This document shows, piece after piece, positions 1 to 7,912 of a DNA stretch of 64,000 bases (positions are counted from its first letter, which is position 1; each line of letters starts with the position of its first letter). The notes beneath the pieces are model-generated. The model was not told the DNA's origin. It made no database searches and was given only the letters and a program-made list of their open reading frames with translations. The position numbers and the translations under genes were made by a program. This DNA comes from an uncultured Bacteroidales bacterium (GTDB taxonomy: Bacteria > Bacteroidota > Bacteroidia > Bacteroidales > JAUNSR01). The stretch lies in the NCBI GenBank assembly GCA_947074105.1, contig CAMTON010000006.1, positions 3,445 through 67,444 of the forward strand, written 5' to 3'.

Positions 1-181
1 AAGAAATAAGAATTATTGATCCTGTACCGATCGCATTCCAGATTCCTCTGCTATAAGGAAAACTTTCAGGCATAGATATCAGGCGCCCTGAATTAAATAA
101 GGAAAGTATGAATACTGCAATAGGAGATACAATTGTAATAACCAGCAATATGTCTTTATCCGGCTTGTTCTTGTTTATCAT
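1..181 (-). CDS. partial CDS, N-terminus of an integral membrane protein running off the left edge
   Basis: ATG at 179-181 (minus). The frame stays open to base 1 (MINKNKPDKDILLVITIVSPIAVFILSLF...). Basic N-terminus followed by a hydrophobic helix. Too short for a family call. Confidence 0.3.
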   Translation of the reverse strand, partial: MINKNKPDKDILLVITIVSPIAVFILSLFNSGRLISMPESFPYSRGIWNAIGTGSIILIS

Positions 182-268
182 GGTTTCTGATTTTATTATA
201 ATGTAAATATAACAAAAAGAAATATATAAAGTTACGGCTTGACTGATATATTAGTATTTAAACAAAAT

Positions 269-309
269 AACCTGCATGTCTGAATAAAAGAGATGCAGGT
301 TACTTTTTT
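269..309 (-). terminator. hairpin terminator downstream of MATE gene
   Basis: 9-bp inverted repeat AACCTGCAT/ATGCAGGTT (269-277 / 293-301) flanked by A/T runs, 12 nt past the MATE stop. Confidence 0.5.
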
Positions 310-320
310 AAGTTACGGTA

Positions 321-1697
321 TTATATTCTTATCGTTTTTAATGCTGATTGCTTATGCCTGTTTTTTAAATAAATAAATATTACAAATACAGATGTGAAAA
401 TCTCTGCCATAGGCACAGAAAGCCATACTCCGGCATTTCCGAATATTTCAGGTAATATCATAAAGCAGGCAATCATAAAAACAAATCCTCGCATGACGGT
501 AAGAAATGTTGCGGATCTTATCTGTTCCACACTCTGAAAATATCCTACTGAAATCATATTAAGCGCAAAAGGGATAAATCCGACAGCGAAAAGCGGTAAT
601 CCGTCTTTTGCTATCTGCCACGCTTTGCTGTCTGAATTTATAAACATCGAAACGATTTCAGAACTGAATACTGCGGTTATTATTGCAAGAACCACACCAC
701 ACCCTACAGCATATTTAAGAGCGATAACAAAACCGGCCTTTGCTCTTTGTGAATTTCCTGTTCCGTAATTAAAACTTATAATAGGCTGAACAGACTGAGC
801 TATCGAGGTGTAAACCATAAAGACGATAGGGAAAAAGTAACATGCTACACTGAAACCTGCAACACCATCCACTCCCATATAATGCATAAATACATAATTG
901 CCGCATATCATCATTGACGCGATAGCGATTTCTCCCAGAAAAGAAGAGAATCCCAGTTTGCACATATAACTTATGTTACGGCAGCTAAGAAGGATACTTT
1001 TTCTTGACAGTTTCACTCTCTCAAAATGAATTACATTCTTTTTATTCAAAAGATATATTATCATCATAATCACACCAACTCCGGTTCCGATTCCGGTTGC
1101 GAAAGCAGCACCGAACATTCCCCATTTAAACACGAATATCAAAAGATAATCGAGAATAATATTTATTATGGCTGCAACTACAGAGCAGACCATCGCGTAA
1201 TTGGGAGCTCCGCTTAATCGTACAAAGAATCCGCATGAGGAAATTAAAACAAATGCAGTCATAAAAGGTACAAAACCTTTAAGATAATCCATTGCCGGAA
1301 TCATCAATTGGTCAGAACATCCCAGAATCCGTAAAACATCATGAGGAAATATCATCACAACTACAGACATGAAAATCATAAGCAGCATTGAAACGACAAA
1401 AGACTGAGTGACATTAATCCTTGCAGTTTTCTGTTTATTCCCCGCCAGATGAATAGAGGCCACGACCGAAGCTCCCATACCGAACATAAGGCCGAGTCCT
1501 GTTGAAAGTAAAAATAAAGGAGCTGTGATGTTGACTGCAGCCAGAGCGTCACTTCCCAGTCCGCGTCCGACGAAAATTCCGTCTGTTATAGTAAACAGTG
1601 CAGAAAACAACATTCCCATAAGTGTCGGATATAACATCTTACGAAATAGTACAGAAATATTTTCTTTACCAAAATCAATAGTATCTTTCAGTTCCAT
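321..1697 (-). CDS. MATE family efflux transporter
   Basis: 458 aa, about 12 hydrophobic segments. The N-terminus (LFRKMLYPTLMGMLFSALFTITDGIFVGRGLG) is typical of MATE/MatE repeats. Confidence 0.85.
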   Translation of the reverse strand: MELKDTIDFGKENISVLFRKMLYPTLMGMLFSALFTITDGIFVGRGLGSDALAAVNITAPLFLLSTGLGLMFGMGASVVASIHLAGNKQKTARINVTQSFVVSMLLMIFMSVVVMIFPHDVLRILGCSDQLMIPAMDYLKGFVPFMTAFVLISSCGFFVRLSGAPNYAMVCSVVAAIINIILDYLLIFVFKWGMFGAAFATGIGTGVGVIMMIIYLLNKKNVIHFERVKLSRKSILLSCRNISYMCKLGFSSFLGEIAIASMMICGNYVFMHYMGVDGVAGFSVACYFFPIVFMVYTSIAQSVQPIISFNYGTGNSQRAKAGFVIALKYAVGCGVVLAIITAVFSSEIVSMFINSDSKAWQIAKDGLPLFAVGFIPFALNMISVGYFQSVEQIRSATFLTVMRGFVFMIACFMILPEIFGNAGVWLSVPMAEIFTSVFVIFIYLKNRHKQSALKTIRI

Positions 1698-1800
1698 AAT
1701 GAATAAATGATTAAAACGCCGGCAAAGGTAGGTTCTATGTAATTCTAAAAAATTATCTTATGGTAATAAATACTCTACCAGTAAAAATATATTTTTGTAT

Positions 1801-2382
1801 ATGGAACAATTCAGAAAAAAACTTTGTGAGACTTACTCTCTGAGTATTGAAGAGTCGGATCTTTTACTTTCTAAGATGGATAGTTGCATTATACCAAAGA
1901 AAGATTTTCTTGTTCGTGAAGGAGAATGCAACAACAAACTATATATCATTAAACGCGGAGTATTAAGAGCATTCCGCAATAATGACGGAGAAGAGATTGC
2001 ATTATGGTTTGCCGGTCTCGGAGAAATGATTATTCCTGTTTGGGGTTATTGCCTTAACGGAGTATCCCAACACAGTATAGAGGCAGAAAGCGAAATAGAT
2101 ACTTATTATATTACCAAACAAGAGATTGACAAACTTTGCAGTGAATCTTTACAGTTTGCCAATATTATAAGAAAGATGTTCGAACATCATTCTATGATAA
2201 TGGAAAATTATCTGTTGTTTTTTGCAGATAATCAGAGTGCAGAAGAACGCTATCTTTCGTTATTAAAAAATCATCCGGAACTTCTGAATCAGGTAGCACT
2301 TAAGAAACTTGCGTCTTTCCTTTTTGTAACACCTCAGTCGCTGAGCAGGATACGTGCGGGATTGAGAAAAAAATCAAAATAA
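1801..2382 (+). CDS. Crp/Fnr family transcriptional regulator
   Basis: cNMP-binding-like N-terminal domain (FLVREGECNNKLYIIKRGVLRAF) and C-terminal HTH (LASFLFVTPQSLSRIR). The ORF track starts at TTG 1795; ATG 1801 is preferred. Confidence 0.8.
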   Translation: MEQFRKKLCETYSLSIEESDLLLSKMDSCIIPKKDFLVREGECNNKLYIIKRGVLRAFRNNDGEEIALWFAGLGEMIIPVWGYCLNGVSQHSIEAESEIDTYYITKQEIDKLCSESLQFANIIRKMFEHHSMIMENYLLFFADNQSAEERYLSLLKNHPELLNQVALKKLASFLFVTPQSLSRIRAGLRKKSK

Positions 2383-2442
2383 GCCACAGTATATAGTACT
2401 CTATTAATTATTTACATCACGATATTCGACAAAAATATATTA

Positions 2443-2476
2443 AACCTTACAGAGATTTTTCTGTAAGGTTTTTTTG
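2443..2476 (+). terminator. rho-independent terminator
   Basis: AACCTTACAG / CTGTAAGGTT stem (2443-2452 / 2461-2470) followed by TTTTT. Confidence 0.7.
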
Positions 2477-2722
2477 ATATCTGCTGTTTCTTTATTGAGA
2501 GCCGACAACAAAGCGTAATAATACGCTTATTAAAGAGGTAAATTTTGACATGAGCCTTATAACAAACTTACTTGATCTCTAAAGCAAAACATTGAAATTA
2601 CATCAATTCTATTTTTGTAATAAATAAATTATGCTCAATGTTTTACGACTGAATTAAGCCAGCAAAACTTCTAAAGGCATAAACAGAAGCATCTATATAT
2701 TCAAATCAAAATTAGAACGGAT

Positions 2723-2829
2723 ATGAAAACAATGGAAGGTAAAGTAGCATTGGTAACCTGTGCAGCCCTCAGGCAAGCTTTGTTGACGGCCATGCTATTC
2801 TTGTAGATGGTGCGTTCTCTATACATTAA
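2723..2829 (+). pseudogene. short-chain dehydrogenase/reductase remnant (N- and C-terminal ends only)
   Basis: MKTMEGKVALVT (SDR N-terminal glycine-motif start) reads in one frame. QASFVDGHAILVDGAFSIH* (typical SDR C-terminus) reads in another frame about 40 nt later. The roughly 230 internal codons are missing. Confidence 0.55.
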
Positions 2830-2868
2830 TTCTAAAATCTTTAAAATAACCGATTAAATATATTAAAC

Positions 2869-3669
2869 ATGAAAAGACTAATATTGACTTTAGCAATAGT
2901 ATTATCAGTAGTAACACTTAATGCAAAAACTCTGATTGTATATTATAGTTTCTCTAATAACATACATACTATAGTAAGTGAACTTAATTCTCAGATTGAA
3001 GCGGATCTGCTTCGTATAGCACCCGCGGAAAAAGGTCTTGACTATGCAGCAAACAATTATGCGATAGGAAGTGCTCTGATAAATAATATACGGCAAAACC
3101 CGAATAATGCATCTTCATATCCGGCAATTGATCCTGTAGATATCCGGCTTTCAGATTATGATATGATTATTATCGCAGCTCCACTTTGGTGGAACAATAT
3201 GGCTGCTCCCCTGCAGACTTTTCTGTTCAGTCATGGAAGTCAGATGGCAGGAAAAAATATCGGAGTCATTGTATCGAGTGCAAGCAGCGGAATATCAGGA
3301 GTCGTACAGGATGCAAAAAGACTTATTCCTGACGGAAACTTTATTGAACCAAATCTTCGTATCCGTTCATCAGAGGTTTCACGTTGCAGAACAATGCTTT
3401 CAGAATGGCTTGATAATATAAATTACGCCAGTGTATCAACCTCGGCAAATGCCGAATATATTGATAAAGAGATCTTTATTGTTTCCCTGCCGGGAATTAT
3501 TATGGTAAATGGCTGTTTTAAGACTTTTTCCCTTTATAATGAGTCAGGTTATAAACTACTTGAAACATCCGAAAAATCAGTAAATACTTCAGACTTCGTT
3601 CCTGGAATATATATTGCTCATATCAATAAGGGAGATAGATATGTTGCAGAAAAGTTACATATTAAATAA
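2869..3669 (+). CDS. flavodoxin-like fold protein with signal peptide and T9SS C-terminal sorting domain
   Basis: Signal peptide MKRLILTLAIVLSVVTLNA. Flavodoxin-like core (KTLIVYYSFSNN..., IIIAAPLWWNNMAAP). C-terminal approx 70 aa (FSLYNESGYKLLE...VPGIYIAHINKGDRYVAEKLHIK) looks like a T9SS type-A CTD. Confidence 0.65.
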   Translation: MKRLILTLAIVLSVVTLNAKTLIVYYSFSNNIHTIVSELNSQIEADLLRIAPAEKGLDYAANNYAIGSALINNIRQNPNNASSYPAIDPVDIRLSDYDMIIIAAPLWWNNMAAPLQTFLFSHGSQMAGKNIGVIVSSASSGISGVVQDAKRLIPDGNFIEPNLRIRSSEVSRCRTMLSEWLDNINYASVSTSANAEYIDKEIFIVSLPGIIMVNGCFKTFSLYNESGYKLLETSEKSVNTSDFVPGIYIAHINKGDRYVAEKLHIK

Positions 3670-3675
3670 GAATAA

Positions 3676-3720
3676 ACGGCAACGATGCCAAAACTTCTAA
3701 ATGTTTGGCATCGTTACCGT
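3676..3720. terminator. 17-bp stem hairpin between convergent genes
   Basis: ACGGCAACGATGCCAAA (3676-3692) pairs with TTTGGCATCGTTACCGT (3704-3720) with one mismatch. It lies between the stop at 3669 (+) and the stop at 3722 (-). Confidence 0.55.
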
Positions 3721-3721
3721 T

Positions 3722-4498
3722 TTAAATAAGTTCTATTTCCTCAATCAATTCTCCTCTTCTCATTCTCTGTCTCAACGACATCATTCTTGAATCATAGGAC
3801 TCAAGTATTCCGAGGTTTGATTTTTCTTTATCTGTTCTTTCAATAATACTCATTATACCTCCGTTACGGATGACCAGACGCTTATCAGCCATAAGAGCAA
3901 GAATAGGATCATGAGTAGCCATGAGAACAATCTTTTCATTACGCATCAGAAGACTTATTGCATTCTTTCTGTCGATTCCCGCATTCTCTATTTCATCGAT
4001 AAGGACAACGGGAGAGGCACTCAGAGAGGCAGTATCGGCAATCATCAGAGCGCGGCTCTGGCCCCCGCTTAAAGCGGTAAGAGGAGTATTATGATCAAAC
4101 TTCTCCCCTGCCAGTTCATTAGCCTGATCTACCACGATATCAATTATATCATCATTATTTATATTTCGGCTTTCGGCATGCATTCTTATAAATTCACTTA
4201 CCGTAACATCCATAACGAAATTCATATTCTGTGATAACTGTGCGACGAGTTTATTTTCCAGAGAAAAACGGTCGTCTATCGAAAGAGTTCTTCCGTCAAT
4301 AAGAACACGCCGCTTTGTCGGAGTGTCACCCTGTGCAATCCATTCAATATCCGCCAGCAACCTGCTTTTTCCCGACCCTGTCGGACCAACAATACTCGTC
4401 ACACTTCCTTTATGAAGAGTAAGCTCATCCATATCCGGCATTTCGGGATTTCCGGATTTATCAAACCCGGGCAGAATCGTTATTTTATCTATATTCAT
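3722..4498 (-). CDS. soluble ABC-type ATPase with no cognate permease in the operon
   Basis: Walker A GPTGSGKS, signature LSGGQ, Walker B VVLIDE, H-loop ATHD. Atypical D-loop region IENAGID and a charged C-terminal extension. Confidence 0.8.
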   Translation of the reverse strand: MNIDKITILPGFDKSGNPEMPDMDELTLHKGSVTSIVGPTGSGKSRLLADIEWIAQGDTPTKRRVLIDGRTLSIDDRFSLENKLVAQLSQNMNFVMDVTVSEFIRMHAESRNINNDDIIDIVVDQANELAGEKFDHNTPLTALSGGQSRALMIADTASLSASPVVLIDEIENAGIDRKNAISLLMRNEKIVLMATHDPILALMADKRLVIRNGGIMSIIERTDKEKSNLGILESYDSRMMSLRQRMRRGELIEEIELI

Positions 4499-4513
4499 AA
4501 TTCCGGTTTAGTA

Positions 4514-5197
4514 TTATATTGTTATTTTCTTAACGTTGCCAACCTGATAATCCTGACCTATTTTTGTCTCACCCAGACAGTAAGAACAAATTGAAGCAGG
4601 CATAGAGAAACGCAGTCCGCCTCCGATAAGAGTTTCAACTTCCGCCGCATCCTCCAGTAGTGTGGATAATTCAAATGCGCCCTGACCCGTTATTCCGTTT
4701 ACCGACATGATATAAGCCTTTGAATTCTGTTTTCTTATATGATAAGCAAACACTTCACGTTCAGCCTGTGATACGATATCACCTTTTGTCACCACGACAA
4801 TATCGGCATAACGAAGCATGGGACCGATCTTTTTCGGCGTATTCACACCCATAAGATTGTCAATAACACATACTGCCTTTACTTTCTTGACATGAGGCGA
4901 ACATCTGTTACACAATCCCGCACTTTCTGTTATGAGTATATCCAGATTATGCTTTTTCCCCCATTCCAGGCATTCCTCAATATTGCTTACAAAATAATGA
5001 TCGGGACAGAAATGCCCGGCAAGTCCTACTTTAACGGGAATACCGTTTGCCTTGAAACGCTGATCATCTTCCGTCGAAAGACAATCGAATTTTATAACAC
5101 CGACATTATATTTTTGCCAGTAAGGGGATTTTATCAGATTGATAATTATTGATGTTTTACCGGTTGACGGAGGACCGGCTACTGTAATAAGCTTCAT
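4514..5197 (-). CDS. G3E-family (HypB/UreG/CobW-like) P-loop GTPase, putative metallochaperone
   Basis: P-loop GPPSTGKTS at the N-terminus, ESAGLCNRCSP switch/metal-like motif, TKGD in place of NKxD, C-terminal CSYC. Confidence 0.6.
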   Translation of the reverse strand: MKLITVAGPPSTGKTSIIINLIKSPYWQKYNVGVIKFDCLSTEDDQRFKANGIPVKVGLAGHFCPDHYFVSNIEECLEWGKKHNLDILITESAGLCNRCSPHVKKVKAVCVIDNLMGVNTPKKIGPMLRYADIVVVTKGDIVSQAEREVFAYHIRKQNSKAYIMSVNGITGQGAFELSTLLEDAAEVETLIGGGLRFSMPASICSYCLGETKIGQDYQVGNVKKITI

Positions 5198-5208
5198 ATT
5201 ATATTCCC

Positions 5209-6234
5209 TTATATTGTTTCATAATCAAAAACTTCGAGCTTCGCCTCGAAAGCTTCTGTCAGTTCCTTATCAAAAACCATCTGATCTTTCTGAAGTATAT
5301 TATCCCAATCAGGAAAATAAGCCGGTTCATCCCAGTTAAAAGACGCAGGAGGATAATATCCGGATTTTTTCAGCAGATCGGAAAGAGAATCCATATCAAA
5401 AAACTCCAGCAGACCTTCAGCCTTCTTCATAGCATCTGATTTCACATATATAAGAAGAGGAGATATTATATCTCCCTCTTTAAGCTGTATCGGTAAAGCC
5501 GAGAATTTAGCCGGTATCTGATTTGCGATGACTGCCGGCAGAATATAATATACAGTAGACTGAGGGTCAACTGCACCTATAGCCTTTATAATATTAGAAA
5601 AATGCTTCACTCCTTTCAGGTTCTCTCCGAATTTCACAAGCCCCTCCATACCGAATTTCTCATAATAATAATGATGAACGGCACTGATTATGGTATGACC
5701 TTCATGACCGTGCATTGTCACAAGACCCTTGAATTCCGGCTTCAGCAGATCATCCCAGGATGAAGCTCTCGGAGTATCATCTTTAAGTTTACGGGTATCG
5801 ACAACAAGCTGCCAGCTTCCTAATCCGAGCATCCCGAAACCGTATTTATCCATTACACTTTTCAGATGTTCCGGGATAAACGGCTTCTGTGATTCCGGAG
5901 TATATCCTTTTAGAATACCGCTTTCCATAAAACGTGTACGGAAAGGAGCCGAATAGTTTGTACCGAATCCGGTTGACAGGAAAAGATCCGGAAGTTCATT
6001 TTCCTCCGTTATGTCTTTTATTACCGCACCTATCCGCTTATGGGCATCAAGCTGTACAGTCGGACAATAAACAGGCATATATTCTTTTTCCTCATACTCA
6101 TTAAGAAATTCCAGAAATATATCGCCGAAACGGTTCTTCATTGGACATGGCATTGAAGCAAAGAAATTAATATGCCCCTCTTTACACACAGGTACATCCT
6201 GCTGCATGAATTCTTCAGATGTTGACTTTTCCAT
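5209..6234 (-). CDS. signal-less solute-binding-protein-like protein (type II SBP-like), paralog of 35069-36319
   Basis: No signal peptide. Clear alignment blocks with the 416-aa protein: EENELPDLFLSTGFGTNYSAPFRTRFMESG vs EEEELPDILIGKGFSTLMSRHFTDRFIKTG, and YYYEKFGMEGLVKFGEN vs YLYKEFGEKGIRDYANS. Confidence 0.5.
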   Translation of the reverse strand: MEKSTSEEFMQQDVPVCKEGHINFFASMPCPMKNRFGDIFLEFLNEYEEKEYMPVYCPTVQLDAHKRIGAVIKDITEENELPDLFLSTGFGTNYSAPFRTRFMESGILKGYTPESQKPFIPEHLKSVMDKYGFGMLGLGSWQLVVDTRKLKDDTPRASSWDDLLKPEFKGLVTMHGHEGHTIISAVHHYYYEKFGMEGLVKFGENLKGVKHFSNIIKAIGAVDPQSTVYYILPAVIANQIPAKFSALPIQLKEGDIISPLLIYVKSDAMKKAEGLLEFFDMDSLSDLLKKSGYYPPASFNWDEPAYFPDWDNILQKDQMVFDKELTEAFEAKLEVFDYETI

Positions 6235-6246
6235 ATTCTCTCATTT

Positions 6247-7269
6247 TTAATAAACAGTCGGATTTAATATCTTTTCCGCCTCTTCAGGGCTCAGGTCATA
6301 GTGATAGAATAATTTGAAATATTCACACGTAACATCATTAATATCCCATTTGAAATGTTTCGGATGAAGAGTGTTGAATGTCCATAAGAGTCCGAGAATT
6401 CTGTTTGAACCCGGAGGACGGTCAAACCAGCCAAAAGGTAAAAGAGGTATCTGAAATATATTACCTGTCTTACACGCAGAAACCGACGACCATAATTCGT
6501 TTCCTTTGATTTCATTATATGTAGGCAGATCAGGACCGCTTCCTGTCCAGCAGATAATTTTTTCAGGATTCCATACCATGATCTGTTCAAGAGAAACCTC
6601 TGACATCCCTTTTCCCGGAACTATTTTAGACTCCGCCACATTTCTTGCACCCACCAGTTCCAGTATCTGGCTGTGTTTCGATCCTGAAGGGTCGGTATTA
6701 AGACCTTTTGGCCCTTCTGCATAATAAACGGCGGGAATTTCCTTTTCAGAAAAAGAAGAAGCTGTTTTCATCACTTCATCACAATATTTAGTGATGAAAC
6801 CGTTCAGAAGCTCCGCTCTTTTCTCTAACCCCAATACATCACCAAGCATAGTGATAGTCTTTTTATAAGACAGTATGTTCATGTCATACATTAAAACAGG
6901 AATGCCAAGTCTCTGCTGCATGCTCTCGGCCTGATCCATAGCTCTTTCAGATAATTCATCCGACAATATTATGACATCAGGATTTAATTTAAGAATGTCC
7001 TCATATGCACCAAGCTCTATGCATGGTTTTGCCAGATAAGATGCTGGGAAAAACTTTTCTGCAGGTTTTGAAAAATTAAAGATCCTGTTTGAAGCGATAT
7101 CCTGATCAAGTGCATAAAGCAGTATTGCCGAATGACGGTCAACAAATATATTTCCGACACTATCGGGTATAATCACTTCGCGACCAAGCATATCCGTGAC
7201 TTTTCTTTCCGCAAAAAGGTTTATCAGGCAAAACAGAGAAAGTAGTAATATCGTATATCTTTTTATCAT
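6247..7269 (-). CDS. periplasmic class-III (FecB/BtuF/HemT-type) substrate-binding protein
   Basis: Signal peptide. N-terminal RKVTDMLGREVIIPD, NPDVIILSD, and C-terminal FGWFDRPPGSNRILGLLW motif typical of Peripla_BP_2 siderophore/heme/corrinoid binders. Confidence 0.8.
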   Translation of the reverse strand: MIKRYTILLLSLFCLINLFAERKVTDMLGREVIIPDSVGNIFVDRHSAILLYALDQDIASNRIFNFSKPAEKFFPASYLAKPCIELGAYEDILKLNPDVIILSDELSERAMDQAESMQQRLGIPVLMYDMNILSYKKTITMLGDVLGLEKRAELLNGFITKYCDEVMKTASSFSEKEIPAVYYAEGPKGLNTDPSGSKHSQILELVGARNVAESKIVPGKGMSEVSLEQIMVWNPEKIICWTGSGPDLPTYNEIKGNELWSSVSACKTGNIFQIPLLPFGWFDRPPGSNRILGLLWTFNTLHPKHFKWDINDVTCEYFKLFYHYDLSPEEAEKILNPTVY

Positions 7270-7282
7270 AATCTAACCATAA

Positions 7283-7900
7283 CTATTTTTGAAAAATTAT
7301 CCAGAAACCTTTTTCGGTTCTTGAGGCTTCTCCTTTAACTCCCATTTCATCTATCATTTTCTGATACTCCTCAACAGGGATCTCTTTACGACAGGGCGCT
7401 GATTCCAGGCCGGGATTTCCTTCTTTCACCCGTTTATTGTGAATACGTTCCTGAAGTTCCTTACACCCGAAACCGCCTCCGATATAAGCCCAGCCGCCAG
7501 GTTTTAAAATACGGAAAACTTCATTCAGCCCTTTTTTCTGATCTTCCCAGAAAAATATGGAACCGCGACTTGCAACAAGGTCGACTGAACCGGATTCAAA
7601 ATATGTCATATCTTCGGCCATGCCTCTCACCGCATCCATCCTGTCGGCAAGTTCATATTCAGAAATATTCTCTTTTGCCACGATAACGCAATCTTCAAGC
7701 AGATCATATGCCGTAACATTAAGATCCGATATTCTTGCAAGTTCGATACCAAGCATTCCGGGGCCGCTTCCGAGATCGACACAGACGCCTGAACTTACTC
7801 CCGTTCTTTCTATTATCTGTTTTGCTATCAGAGGATATACCTCCGCGAAATAACCTTTCATCACATTTTGGTTATATTCTCTTGCATCCATATTATACAT
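7283..7900 (-). CDS. class I SAM-dependent methyltransferase
   Basis: Motif I VDLGSGPGMLG, acidic loop AYDLLED, and post-I/II motifs (LKPGGWAYIGG). Confidence 0.8.
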   Translation of the reverse strand: MYNMDAREYNQNVMKGYFAEVYPLIAKQIIERTGVSSGVCVDLGSGPGMLGIELARISDLNVTAYDLLEDCVIVAKENISEYELADRMDAVRGMAEDMTYFESGSVDLVASRGSIFFWEDQKKGLNEVFRILKPGGWAYIGGGFGCKELQERIHNKRVKEGNPGLESAPCRKEIPVEEYQKMIDEMGVKGEASRTEKGFWIIFQK

Positions 7901-7912
7901 AAACTTACCTTT

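Noticed and set aside
769-1710. Short ORFs nested in or antisense to the first MATE gene (769-963, 1026-1217, 1525-1710); the same applies to similar nested ORFs throughout the track
   Set aside because: All are fully contained within longer ORFs that have clear family signatures. They are typical shadow frames in AT-rich DNA.
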